Positions 26,430 to 35,574 of a stretch of DNA of 64,000 nt are shown here, piece after piece; position 1 is the first letter of the stretch; each line of letters opens with the position of its first letter. A program made the translations under genes and the position numbers. The stretch spans positions 139,519-203,518 of the forward strand of contig CBDFGU010000009.1 in NCBI GenBank assembly GCA_965247335.1. The letters are read 5' to 3'. Source of the DNA: Rickettsiales bacterium. GTDB lineage: Bacteria > Pseudomonadota > Alphaproteobacteria > Rickettsiales > UBA3002. Below the pieces are notes generated by a model, which was given only the letters and a program-made list of their open reading frames with translations, was not told where the DNA came from and made no database searches.

Positions 26430-27497
26430 ATGGCTGCAAAAACTACAGACAGATCGACGCAAGGCGACGCTGAGCTCAAGCTTAACCGCAAGGAAGTTAT
26501 CAAGCTTGGTTTCGAGAATAAAACAAAAGGAGAAGCGGCGTTCAACCTGATTTCCTATGCCGGTTTTGGTTATTTCGTCGTCACCGCAACTTCTGTTCTC
26601 ATGACCTTTCTTCTGCAGGATTCTAAGAAATTCGGTGGTATGGGTAAATGGTTAAAGGAAGCGAGTGTCAAAGCACATTTGCCGAAGTCATTTGGTAACA
26701 TAGCGTCGCTATTTATTGGCGGCACCATAGCCTCTGTATTGCCCGTTAAATGGCTGGAGGATAACAAACCGAAATTCGTCAAGAAACTTGACCATCTTTT
26801 TTACTCCGATGCACAATACGACACGGATCCTGAGCTTAAAAAAGCCCATCAGGAACTTGACACTCTGCCCAAACAGACATGGCTTTCCGTCGCTGGTGCA
26901 CGCGTTGTCGCGTTCGTCGCGACATTGGGAGTGTTCTTGGCGGCCGGTTCGAACAAAAGCCCGTTATATAGAATGACCAAGGGCAAAATTTCACTCGATA
27001 AAGCATCGATCGAGTTAGGTCGCGCGACCGATAAATTACTCAACAAAGGCATGATCGAGAAAGTTGAAGCGGCTATCCAGGAAAATAAAGATCGAATGAG
27101 ATTACCTTCAAGCCATCCCGATTATATGATTAGCTCGGACGTCATTCGTGCTGAAAACCATACGATCGAACCTGCAACACCGGTCGACCGCAAAACTTCG
27201 CGTGTTCTTAGTTACATTTATCTTGATGCACTTTACACTGCCATCACCAGCGCTACGCTTTGGGTATCGACCCGCGTCTTCGGCGCGATGGTGGGTAAGG
27301 ACACTAACAATGTCATGATCCGGCCACCACTGACCTTGCACCGGCATCTCGCGCAAACCTCTGTGTCGCAACCGGAGACCGTTTTGGCGAATCAAGCCCC
27401 GCCGCACCTGCAGGAGACGCCACCAACAAAGATTACTGCTCCCGTGCGCCTGGAGCGTGTCCACAAATCATCGAATAGCGCGGAACTAACCGCTTGA
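26430..27497 (+). CDS. hypothetical membrane protein
   Basis: 355-aa ORF with several hydrophobic segments and no recognised motif. Its stop abuts the following kinase-like ORF. Confidence 0.5.
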   Translation: MAAKTTDRSTQGDAELKLNRKEVIKLGFENKTKGEAAFNLISYAGFGYFVVTATSVLMTFLLQDSKKFGGMGKWLKEASVKAHLPKSFGNIASLFIGGTIASVLPVKWLEDNKPKFVKKLDHLFYSDAQYDTDPELKKAHQELDTLPKQTWLSVAGARVVAFVATLGVFLAAGSNKSPLYRMTKGKISLDKASIELGRATDKLLNKGMIEKVEAAIQENKDRMRLPSSHPDYMISSDVIRAENHTIEPATPVDRKTSRVLSYIYLDALYTAITSATLWVSTRVFGAMVGKDTNNVMIRPPLTLHRHLAQTSVSQPETVLANQAPPHLQETPPTKITAPVRLERVHKSSNSAELTA

Positions 27498-27533
27498 TTG
27501 CGTTGCCCTAAAAATCTGCGTATAAGTACGCCT

Positions 27534-29327
27534 ATGGTCAGCAATCGCACACAGCCCTCCCTAAGTCGCGACTTCGCACTACTATCGCTGTTTATCGTTT
27601 TCATTCTCGTGCTGGTATCGATCTGGGTCGCCTTCGAGACCTACGGCAATTACGAAAAGGATGTCATCAAGCAGATGGAAAGCGAGGCCCTGCGCCTCGA
27701 CCGGGGCCTGATCGTCGAAATCGAGAACGCATCGTATATTCTCGAATCCGTCGGCCGCCAGATCCAGGCGACCAGCGACAACCCCGAGAATATTGCCCAG
27801 CTCTTCTTCTCCTTCGCCAAAGTCGAAGGGCCCAAGCGCGCCGTGTTCAGTTGGGTGAACAAGGAACAGATGATCACGGTGAGCAACAATCTCGGCGTGC
27901 TCGATAAACCCATCGACGTGTCCGACCGCGATTACGTGAAAAAATCGATCGCTGATCCATGGAAAGTGCATATTGGCCGCCCCATCGAGGGTCGCCTTTC
28001 GCGCACATGGATCCTGCCGTTAAGCCTAGGCCTCACCGATAAGAACGGTACCTACCTTGGCTCCGTTATCGTCGCGCTCGATACCGAATCGCTCGGTAAC
28101 GATATCAGCCGCAGCATGAAAGATAGTGGCATTCGCTTTGCCATTACCAACCTGTCGCTAACGCTGCTTACACAATCGGCAGCTACCCAGAAATTCTTCA
28201 CGGAGAATTTCGACAACAACCGGTTGTCGCAGATCGATTTCGACAAAAGTCCGGCCGGACGTTATTCCAGCGCCTCGCTGTTTGATCATTCGCAGATCTA
28301 TTCCTATTACGAGCGCTCTAACCAGTATCCTTACATCATTTTTCTCGGTCTCGATTCCGACCAGAGCGCCAAGGAACTACGCAAACTGCTACTGCCACGC
28401 CTGTTCCAGCTGCTCGTCATCGCCGTGTTCCTACTTTTCGTACTATGGACGGTGCGCAAACGCATCATCCACCCCGTCATGGCCCTTACCGAGCAGACCG
28501 CATCCATTGTCCGCGGCGAATATTTCGACCCCGATGATACACGCGGCCCCCTTGAAATCGAGCAGCTCGCCTACGAAATCAAACGGCTCTACGATTACAT
28601 CGAGGAACGCCGCCGTGTTGAATCCGAGCTGCGCATGAAGAACACTGAGTTGACCCGCATCAAGGAAGCCGCGCAAATTACCAACCAGGTAAAGGCCGAT
28701 TTCTTCGCCTATGTCGGCCAGGAGCTGACCGAGCCGGTTGAGGCCGTCCTGCAGCAGATCGAAACGGTGAAGGACCAGCATTTTGGTCCCATTGGTAATC
28801 CGAAATATCTGATCCATGCGGCTGAAATTCACCACCAGGCACAACAACTGTTAGGTATGCTGGAAGATATCAAGTCCATTTCGAAAGCCGAAACCGGCTT
28901 GCTATCGTTGAATGAAGGAGACGTAGACCTGTCCTTCGTGCTGCAGAAGACCATCCGTATATTCAAGGAAAAGCAAGCCCCCGGCACAGAAGTGCAGCTT
29001 GATATCAATCAGACATTGCCGCATGTGCGCGGTGATGAACTGCGCATCAAGCAACTATTTCTTAATATCCTTAATGCCATTCAGCAGCAGCTCTCTCACG
29101 CGGAGCCAATTCGCATTACCTCGAGTCTCAAAGCGCAAGAGTTATCGTTGTGCTTTTCATATTTTGGCAGTGGTAACCTCATCAGCGCCACGCGTAGTAA
29201 GCAGGGCCTCGACTTCGCTTTAGCCAGACTGCTGATCGCATTGCATCAAGGCACACTCGAAACAAAAACAACTACGGATCGTGTCAGCGTCATCACCCTC
29301 AAATTCCCGGCGATGCGGGTCCTCTAA
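27534..29327 (+). CDS. Cache-domain sensor histidine-kinase-like protein with degenerate H-box and ATPase motifs
   Basis: One N-terminal TM segment, a periplasmic Cache-like region (VSDRDYVKK...ILPLSLGLTDKNGTYLGSVIVALDTESL), a second TM segment and a coiled coil. The dimerisation region reads KADFFAYVGQELTEPVEAV (Gln where the His of SHELRTP is expected). No clear DxGxG or GxGLG boxes. Start set at ATG 27534. Confidence 0.7.
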   Translation: MVSNRTQPSLSRDFALLSLFIVFILVLVSIWVAFETYGNYEKDVIKQMESEALRLDRGLIVEIENASYILESVGRQIQATSDNPENIAQLFFSFAKVEGPKRAVFSWVNKEQMITVSNNLGVLDKPIDVSDRDYVKKSIADPWKVHIGRPIEGRLSRTWILPLSLGLTDKNGTYLGSVIVALDTESLGNDISRSMKDSGIRFAITNLSLTLLTQSAATQKFFTENFDNNRLSQIDFDKSPAGRYSSASLFDHSQIYSYYERSNQYPYIIFLGLDSDQSAKELRKLLLPRLFQLLVIAVFLLFVLWTVRKRIIHPVMALTEQTASIVRGEYFDPDDTRGPLEIEQLAYEIKRLYDYIEERRRVESELRMKNTELTRIKEAAQITNQVKADFFAYVGQELTEPVEAVLQQIETVKDQHFGPIGNPKYLIHAAEIHHQAQQLLGMLEDIKSISKAETGLLSLNEGDVDLSFVLQKTIRIFKEKQAPGTEVQLDINQTLPHVRGDELRIKQLFLNILNAIQQQLSHAEPIRITSSLKAQELSLCFSYFGSGNLISATRSKQGLDFALARLLIALHQGTLETKTTTDRVSVITLKFPAMRVL

Positions 29328-29402
29328 AGTCAGCAAGCACACTGGTTATGCTTCATGGCAGCGTAACGCATGGATTACTTGATCAATGTGGAACAACTAA
29401 AA

Positions 29403-29870
29403 CTAATGCTGTTCAGGAGTGCGGCTGGCGAACTGGTGGATATGCTCGTGTCGTGCCACCGTTCGCTTGTCTTCCTTTATGGCGTGCATCGGTTTTGTCA
29501 CGTCGCCAATCGCATGGCCTTTGTCGATCAATGCCGCCGTTTCTTCGCACATATGCTTTTTGTGTGAAAGCTGAAGTTGCAATTGCTCCGCCAACGATGG
29601 CACCTTTTGCGAAAATTTTCCTGTCGCCGTTGGTTTCATGACCTTCTCGGTTGCAACGTCCGGCGCTATCTTATCCGACGCAGCTTTTTGAACCATCTTT
29701 TCTGGCCCACCCTTCTTCGCTACGGTTTTTTTAGCAGTGCTACTTTTGCTCGTTGCTGACGCTATAACGGATGTCTTGGCGACGATCGTGCTCTTTGCCT
29801 TCGCGGATTGAAGTTCCGTGGCAGGTGCTTTGACAGCAGTCTTTTTCTTTGTCGAGGAACGTTGGGCCAT
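29403..29870 (-). CDS. Lys/Ala/Thr-rich basic hypothetical protein (histone-H1-like composition)
   Basis: MAQRSSTKKKTAVKAPA...KSSTAKKTVAKKGG... and a His-rich C-terminal ~60 aa. Start set at ATG 29870. Confidence 0.45.
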   Translation of the reverse strand: MAQRSSTKKKTAVKAPATELQSAKAKSTIVAKTSVIASATSKSSTAKKTVAKKGGPEKMVQKAASDKIAPDVATEKVMKPTATGKFSQKVPSLAEQLQLQLSHKKHMCEETAALIDKGHAIGDVTKPMHAIKEDKRTVARHEHIHQFASRTPEQH

Positions 29871-29931
29871 GATAAAAATCTCCCATAAAGGTGAACTAGA
29901 AAATCTTATCAAATTGCGTATAAATTTATAA

Positions 29932-32154
29932 TTAGCCGTTGAATTTATTACTGCGGGGGAAGCCCACAGGCGGCAGGTTACCTTGGGCCGCGCGCTGGCC
30001 TAGCCAGGGTTTCATGTTCTCTTCCGTACGCGTGCGCTCGCCGCTCGCCCAGCTCAGGCCTTCCTTAAGTTTGAATACCTTGGCATCCGCCAGATGCGCG
30101 CCTTTATATTTCTGCAGCGCCACACCCTGTCCGCGGCTCATCACCGGTACCTGCTCGAGTGGGAATACCAGCATTTTACGGTTCGTCCCGATCACTACGA
30201 TATGATCGCCTTTCGCCTCGACGCAGACGATCGCCTTGCTGCCCTCTGTAGTATTCAGCACCTGCTTACCCCCACGTTTCTGCGCCAGCACTTCCGCTTC
30301 CTCTACTATGAACCCCTTGCCGCTATCCGACGCCAATAGCAGTTTGCGCGACGGCTCATGCACCAGCATCTCAACGATATCCTGCGTATTATCGAGATCG
30401 CACATCAGCCTTACCGGCTCGCCCTGTCCTTTGGCACCCGGCAACTTGTCGCATGGCAGCGTGAAGAACTTCCCATCCGTCGCGAACACCAGCAATTTGT
30501 CCGTCGTTTTCGCCTTCATCTGGAACGCCGGGCCATCGCCCTCCTTGAATTTCAGATCGGACAATTCTTCATGATGCCCTTTGAACGCACGGATCCACCC
30601 CAGCCGCGAACACACAACCGTGATCGGCTCCTTCTCGATGAACGCTTCCATTGAGATATTTACGTACGTCGGCGCTTCCGTAAGTTCCGTCCGCCGCGCT
30701 GCCAGAGCCTTCTGCGCCCTGAACCGCGCCTTCACCGCCTTGACTTCTTCGCTGATCGTGCCCCAGCGCTCCTCATCACTCTTTAATAGCGCATTCAGCG
30801 CTTTCTGCTCAGCCTTGAGTTCCTTATGCTCCTTCTTCAGCTCCATCTCCTCGAGCTTGCGCAACTGGCGCAGGCGCATGTTAAGGATGGACTCGGCCTG
30901 CAGGTCCGTCAGGTCAAATGCTGCGATCAATTCCTGCTTCGGCTCATCCTCTTCGCGGATGATGCGGATGACCTCGTCGAGATTGAGGAAACACGTAATG
31001 AACCCTTCGACCATCTCCAACCGCCGCTTGATCTGCGCCAGTCGGTTATTCGATTTGCGCACCAGCACTTCATGGCGATGGTCGAGGAAAGCCTGAAGCA
31101 TATCGCGCAAATTCATCACCCGCGGAATCCCATCCGCCCCCAGCACGTTCATGTTCACACCGTAGCGAACTTCAAGATCGGTCACCCGGTACAGCGATTC
31201 CATCAATAATTCCGGATCGATATTCTTGCTGCGCGGCTCCAGCACCACGCGTACCTTGTCAGTGGATTCATCCTGAATGTTCGCCAGCAGCGGCAATTTC
31301 TTCTCGCGGAACAGCTCGGCAATCTTCTCGATCAACTTCGATTTCTGTACCTGATACGGGATCTCGGTGATCACCACCTGATACAGCCCATGGCTCAACG
31401 GCTCCTTCACCCAGCGCGCCCGCACGCGCAGGCTACCGCGACCATTCGTGTATGTCTCAAGAATCGTCGCCCGTGATTCCGCCAGCAGGCCGCCCGTCGG
31501 GAAATCCGGCCCCGCGACATAATCTACCAGCTTGTCGATGCTCGCATTCGGATGCTTGATGAGATGCACCAGCGCATCGCAAAGTTCGATGATGTTATGC
31601 GGCGGAATGGCACAGGCCATGCCGACTGCGATCCCTTCCGCGCCGTTCGCCAGCAGATTCGGAAAACCTGCCGGCATCACTATCGGCTCTTGCTCCGTGC
31701 CATCGTAGGTCGGGCGGAAATCGACCGTATCGCTATCCATATCCTCCATCAGGAGAATGGCCGCATCGGTCAGTTTTGCTTCGGTATACCGCATTGCCGC
31801 TGCGTTATCGCCATCGATCGAGCCGAAATTGCCCTGCCCATCCACCAGTGGATACCGTACGCTGAAAGTCTGCGCCAAGCGCACCATCGTATCGTACACG
31901 GCCGTATCGCCATGCGGGTGATACTTGCCGATCACATCGCCCACCACGCGGGCGCATTTCTTGTAACCCGATGCCGGGTCGAGCTTCAGTTGCTGCATCG
32001 CATACAGCAACCGCCGATGCACCGGCTTCAGCCCATCGCGCACATCCGGCAGCGAGCGCGCCGTAATGGTCGATAGCGCGTAGGCCAGATAGCGCTCGCC
32101 AAGGGCATCCTTGAAGGAAACAGTCTCGATGGGAGTGGGGTTCGCAGTGGCCAT
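29932..32154 (-). CDS. parC: DNA topoisomerase IV subunit A
   Basis: ERYLAYALSTITARSLPDVRDGLKPVHRRLLYAM and the catalytic-Tyr region AAMRYTE. The 740-aa length fits ParC rather than GyrA. Confidence 0.9.
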   Translation of the reverse strand: MATANPTPIETVSFKDALGERYLAYALSTITARSLPDVRDGLKPVHRRLLYAMQQLKLDPASGYKKCARVVGDVIGKYHPHGDTAVYDTMVRLAQTFSVRYPLVDGQGNFGSIDGDNAAAMRYTEAKLTDAAILLMEDMDSDTVDFRPTYDGTEQEPIVMPAGFPNLLANGAEGIAVGMACAIPPHNIIELCDALVHLIKHPNASIDKLVDYVAGPDFPTGGLLAESRATILETYTNGRGSLRVRARWVKEPLSHGLYQVVITEIPYQVQKSKLIEKIAELFREKKLPLLANIQDESTDKVRVVLEPRSKNIDPELLMESLYRVTDLEVRYGVNMNVLGADGIPRVMNLRDMLQAFLDHRHEVLVRKSNNRLAQIKRRLEMVEGFITCFLNLDEVIRIIREEDEPKQELIAAFDLTDLQAESILNMRLRQLRKLEEMELKKEHKELKAEQKALNALLKSDEERWGTISEEVKAVKARFRAQKALAARRTELTEAPTYVNISMEAFIEKEPITVVCSRLGWIRAFKGHHEELSDLKFKEGDGPAFQMKAKTTDKLLVFATDGKFFTLPCDKLPGAKGQGEPVRLMCDLDNTQDIVEMLVHEPSRKLLLASDSGKGFIVEEAEVLAQKRGGKQVLNTTEGSKAIVCVEAKGDHIVVIGTNRKMLVFPLEQVPVMSRGQGVALQKYKGAHLADAKVFKLKEGLSWASGERTRTEENMKPWLGQRAAQGNLPPVGFPRSNKFNG

Positions 32155-32203
32155 AGGCGCGCGAAATTAGCGTAAATCGGCCCAAATGCAAGGGTTTTAC
32201 TAG

Positions 32204-32959
32204 CTAGCGGCCTTGGTAAGATGTGTTCGGCTGTAGAGGAATCGCGGTAGGAGTAACGCTATTACCTTGCGGCGTCAGCATCAGCCCCGAATTAGGGCCG
32301 AAAACTCGACGAGCTTCATTCAGATCCTGCTGCAGTTCTGCCGTGCGTACTCGTACTTCATGGCCTGGAGTGCCGATCCGGATAGTCTCGGCAGTACCGC
32401 CCGCCGCCCGCAACTGCGCGATAGCGGCATTTAAACCTTCTTGCGTCAACACCGAGCCTTGCTGCTGATTTTGATTATATCCAATCGGCAGCGGCCCGCC
32501 GGGTTGCAGTTGCTGCCCGCGGCCAGGTTGCTGGTTCCCGCCCGTACCCATCCAGCCATTGAACATGCTGCCCAGCTTTTCACTGCCGATGCACATCAGT
32601 GGGAAAGCCAGCGCAATCGTTAGTACCGTTCCGATAATACCGTCGCCGAAGAAATTACCGAGGAACCATGCGCCGCCAAGACCGATAATGCCACCAAGGA
32701 TCTTGCCGAGGCCGCCCGTTTTTGTCAGCTCATCCCAGAAGCCTTTAGCTTTTTCCGGAATCTGGCCTAATGCATCTCCTGCTCTGGTGGCAAGGTCACT
32801 TGCCCCTTGAGTAGCACGGTCGACAAACGAGGGTCCTCCGGGCCTGGCAGGAGCCACAGGCGGTGCCGGATTCGCAGGAATACGTTGACCGTTAAGACCC
32901 ATTTCCCCAGATTCCAGAATTCCGGGTGGCTGTATTGGTGTTGGTGTGGTTCCAGTCAT
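32204..32959 (-). CDS. Pro/Gly/Gln-rich hypothetical membrane protein
   Basis: 251-aa ORF with a central Gly-rich hydrophobic block (ILGGIIGLGGAWFLGNFFGDGIIGTVLTIALAFPLM). No family recognised. Confidence 0.45.
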   Translation of the reverse strand: MTGTTPTPIQPPGILESGEMGLNGQRIPANPAPPVAPARPGGPSFVDRATQGASDLATRAGDALGQIPEKAKGFWDELTKTGGLGKILGGIIGLGGAWFLGNFFGDGIIGTVLTIALAFPLMCIGSEKLGSMFNGWMGTGGNQQPGRGQQLQPGGPLPIGYNQNQQQGSVLTQEGLNAAIAQLRAAGGTAETIRIGTPGHEVRVRTAELQQDLNEARRVFGPNSGLMLTPQGNSVTPTAIPLQPNTSYQGR

Positions 32960-33010
32960 GCTTACAGAGTACCATAATGGCTGGCGAGAAATGTGACAGT
33001 CTGATGAAGA

Positions 33011-33757
33011 TTAGGCCGAAAGCTTGCGCGCCAACAGGCCGACGAAATGCGCCCGCAACGCCGGCAGCTTGCGATGGAGCGCCGGCAACATACGGTGCTC
33101 GAGGAAGTGTCCGGTCAGCGCGACACCACGCTGCACGTCGCCATAAGTTTCCGGTAAATGTTCCTCATCCTTCACGAAGTCCGGCAGTATCAGCATGCGG
33201 TCATGGTACGGTTCGCCGGAAACCCGTCCCACTGCCCTGCCGGATTTGGGGGATACGTAGATAAGGTCATCCGTCTCCCCCGTCGCCGCGCAACTCGTCA
33301 GATCTAATCCAAAGCCCGCCAGTTCTAATAACGCCAGTTCCAGCCGCACATATTCGGCGAGCCAGATGAGCGGTTCCACCCCCGCTGCCACATGCTGCAG
33401 GAAGTTCACCACTTGCGCATAGAGTTCTGGGTGCGCATCATGTTCGGCCAGGCTGCTGCCCACCATGCCCATCACGCTGCCGACGGCGGAAAGCTTGAGC
33501 GGATCATGCATCACCCGCGCCGCGTAACTGTGCTTTGCTTCAAGCGTAATCGTCCCGAGATGCTCTGGCATCCGCGCCTTCCACGTTGCCTCGACCAAGG
33601 TCGCAGGCTGGATATCCGCCCGATTCTTCCCTGTCAGCCCGCGCTTTACCACTCCGCGGCACAGCCCATGCTGCGGCGTAAACATATGCAGGATCGCATC
33701 ATGATCCCCGAACTTGTCGATGGTAAGGATTAAGGCTTCGTCGGTGAAGGTGAGCAT
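33011..33757 (-). CDS. recO: DNA repair protein RecO
   Basis: MLTFTDEALILTIDKFGDHDAILHMFTPQHGLCRGVVKRG...ATLVEATWKARMPEHLG follows the RecO N-terminal OB-fold pattern. Start set at ATG 33757. Confidence 0.8.
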   Translation of the reverse strand: MLTFTDEALILTIDKFGDHDAILHMFTPQHGLCRGVVKRGLTGKNRADIQPATLVEATWKARMPEHLGTITLEAKHSYAARVMHDPLKLSAVGSVMGMVGSSLAEHDAHPELYAQVVNFLQHVAAGVEPLIWLAEYVRLELALLELAGFGLDLTSCAATGETDDLIYVSPKSGRAVGRVSGEPYHDRMLILPDFVKDEEHLPETYGDVQRGVALTGHFLEHRMLPALHRKLPALRAHFVGLLARKLSA

Positions 33758-33876
33758 GCACATAGGATAGTGCAAATATTCGGGTTTGTCATGCTTTAGC
33801 GGAGTTCAGCAAGCACAGGCATCGCTGAATGGCACTGCCATTGAGGCCGTTCCTGCGCGGCGAGCGCCAATCAATA

Positions 33877-34791
33877 CTACTTCTTCACAAACTCTAATCC
33901 CAGATAGCTATAGCTCTCCGGCTTATCCTTCCAATCCGCCCGCACCTTCACGAACAAGTACAAATGACATTTCGCGCCAATCAGCCGCCCGATTTCATGC
34001 CGTGCCCGTTCGCCAATGCTTTTGAGCATCTGCCCACCCTCGCCGATGATGATCGTCTTCTGCCGCTCATTCTGCACGATGATGTTCTGGTGAATCTCCA
34101 CCGAACCATCTGCGCGCGCATCGTATTTTTCATTCTCGACCGTCAACGTATAAGGCAATTCTTCCTGCAGTTTCAGAAAACACTGCTCACGCGTCAGTTC
34201 GCTCGCGATGAGTCGCATGGGCATATCTGTAAGCGCATCGCGGTCATACAGATGCGGCCCTTCCGGCATCAGCTCGGCCAATGCCCCGCGCAGATCATCT
34301 ACGCCCTCGCCCTTGCGTGCCGAGATCATGAAGATGTGCTGCCACGCCAGTTTTTCGTTGAACCACAGCGTGCGCTCCAGCAGAACCTTCTTGTCATCCA
34401 CCGCATCCACTTTATTGAGCGCAATGATGGCCGGCTTGTTTAAATCACGGATACGATTGATTACCGCCTCCGTCTCCTCTGTCGGCTTCTTGCGTGCATC
34501 GTGGATAAACAAAATTACGTCCGCCGACCGCGCCGCATTCCACGCCGCCGATACCATTGACTTTTCGAAACTCTGGGTTGCATCGAAGACCCCCGGCACA
34601 TCCACGAACACCAGCTGCGCCTCGTCCTGCATCGTCACCCCGGTCACGCGGCTCCGCGTGGTCTGCGCTTTCGGCGTCACGATGGATATCTTCGCGCCGA
34701 TCATCCGGTTCATCAGCGTGGATTTCCCGGCATTCGGCGCACCGATCAACGCGATGTGGCCACAGCGGGAGTTAGTTGGATCATAAGTCAT
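33877..34791 (-). CDS. era: GTPase Era
   Basis: GHIALIGAPNAGKSTL (G1), DVPG (G3), NKVD (G4), C-terminal KH-domain region. Confidence 0.9.
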   Translation of the reverse strand: MTYDPTNSRCGHIALIGAPNAGKSTLMNRMIGAKISIVTPKAQTTRSRVTGVTMQDEAQLVFVDVPGVFDATQSFEKSMVSAAWNAARSADVILFIHDARKKPTEETEAVINRIRDLNKPAIIALNKVDAVDDKKVLLERTLWFNEKLAWQHIFMISARKGEGVDDLRGALAELMPEGPHLYDRDALTDMPMRLIASELTREQCFLKLQEELPYTLTVENEKYDARADGSVEIHQNIIVQNERQKTIIIGEGGQMLKSIGERARHEIGRLIGAKCHLYLFVKVRADWKDKPESYSYLGLEFVKK

Positions 34792-34878
34792 GGCCGCGCT
34801 CTAGACCATACCACCCCCCGAAATGCACGAAAAAACACACCGAAAAGGCTCTGACCGCCTTAATTCCACAGCTTTGCC

Positions 34879-34907
34879 TTGACGGTAAGCCCGTTTTCGG
34901 GCATAAA
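34879..34907 (+). promoter_or_regulatory. candidate sigma70-type promoter for cspA (TTGACG-17 nt-CATAAA)
   Basis: TTGACG at 34879-34884 and CATAAA at 34902-34907. This would give a ~200-nt 5' leader before the cspA ATG at 35117. Confidence 0.3.
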
Positions 34908-35116
34908 CAGCACTGAGTTAGGCCGCTAACTCTTTGATGCTTGCCTCGGCGATTCGCTGCCAAAAGTGAATTCTACGGTGGTTGCGAACGGAGGCTATCT
35001 CCTTCGAATGTTGATGAGAGTTAGGCGTATCACAGGATATGTCAGGTCTCGCTCACTCTCGTTTTCCGCCACGGTGGTAGAAAAAGAGAACTAACGCCAT
35101 TCTAAGGAGTATTCTA

Positions 35117-35323
35117 ATGGCTACTGGTATCGTTAAATGGTTCAATCCAACCAAAGGCTACGGCTTTATTCAACCTGACCAGGGCGGCGCGGACGTATTT
35201 GTCCACATCACCGCACTGGAAGCAGCAGGCCTGCGTTCGCTGAACGAAGGTCAAAAAGTCAGTTATGAACTTGCCACCAATAAAGGCAAAACATCGGCTG
35301 CAAACCTGAAGATCGCTGCTTAA
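35117..35323 (+). CDS. cspA: cold-shock protein (CspA family)
   Basis: [15 protein letters not shown] (RNP1) and DVFVH (RNP2). 68 aa, with a strong AAGGAG RBS. Confidence 0.9.
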   Translation: MATGIVKWFNPTKGYGFIQPDQGGADVFVHITALEAAGLRSLNEGQKVSYELATNKGKTSAANLKIAA

Positions 35324-35349
35324 CGAAGCCTAGCGTGCTTTAGAATATT

Positions 35350-35381
35350 CCCGCCGGAATTCGTTCCGGCGGGTTACTTTT
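35350..35381 (+). terminator. rho-independent terminator after cspA
   Basis: cccgccggaa-ttcg-ttccggcggg (10-bp perfect stem) followed by ttactttt. Confidence 0.6.
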
Positions 35382-35574
35382 AAAGTGAAGTGCCTACCCT
35401 GTATCTTCATCTTCGGATGAACTTTAGTAGTACCTACGTACGCCGCTCGCCCCCGATAATATGCGCGCGTTGATTTGTGTTTAGGTGCTGCATGACAGAC
35501 ACCTGAACTCTATTGAGAAGCATTCCGCTTATTCAAAGAGACCCACCACATATCAACAATAGGACTATATTTAC

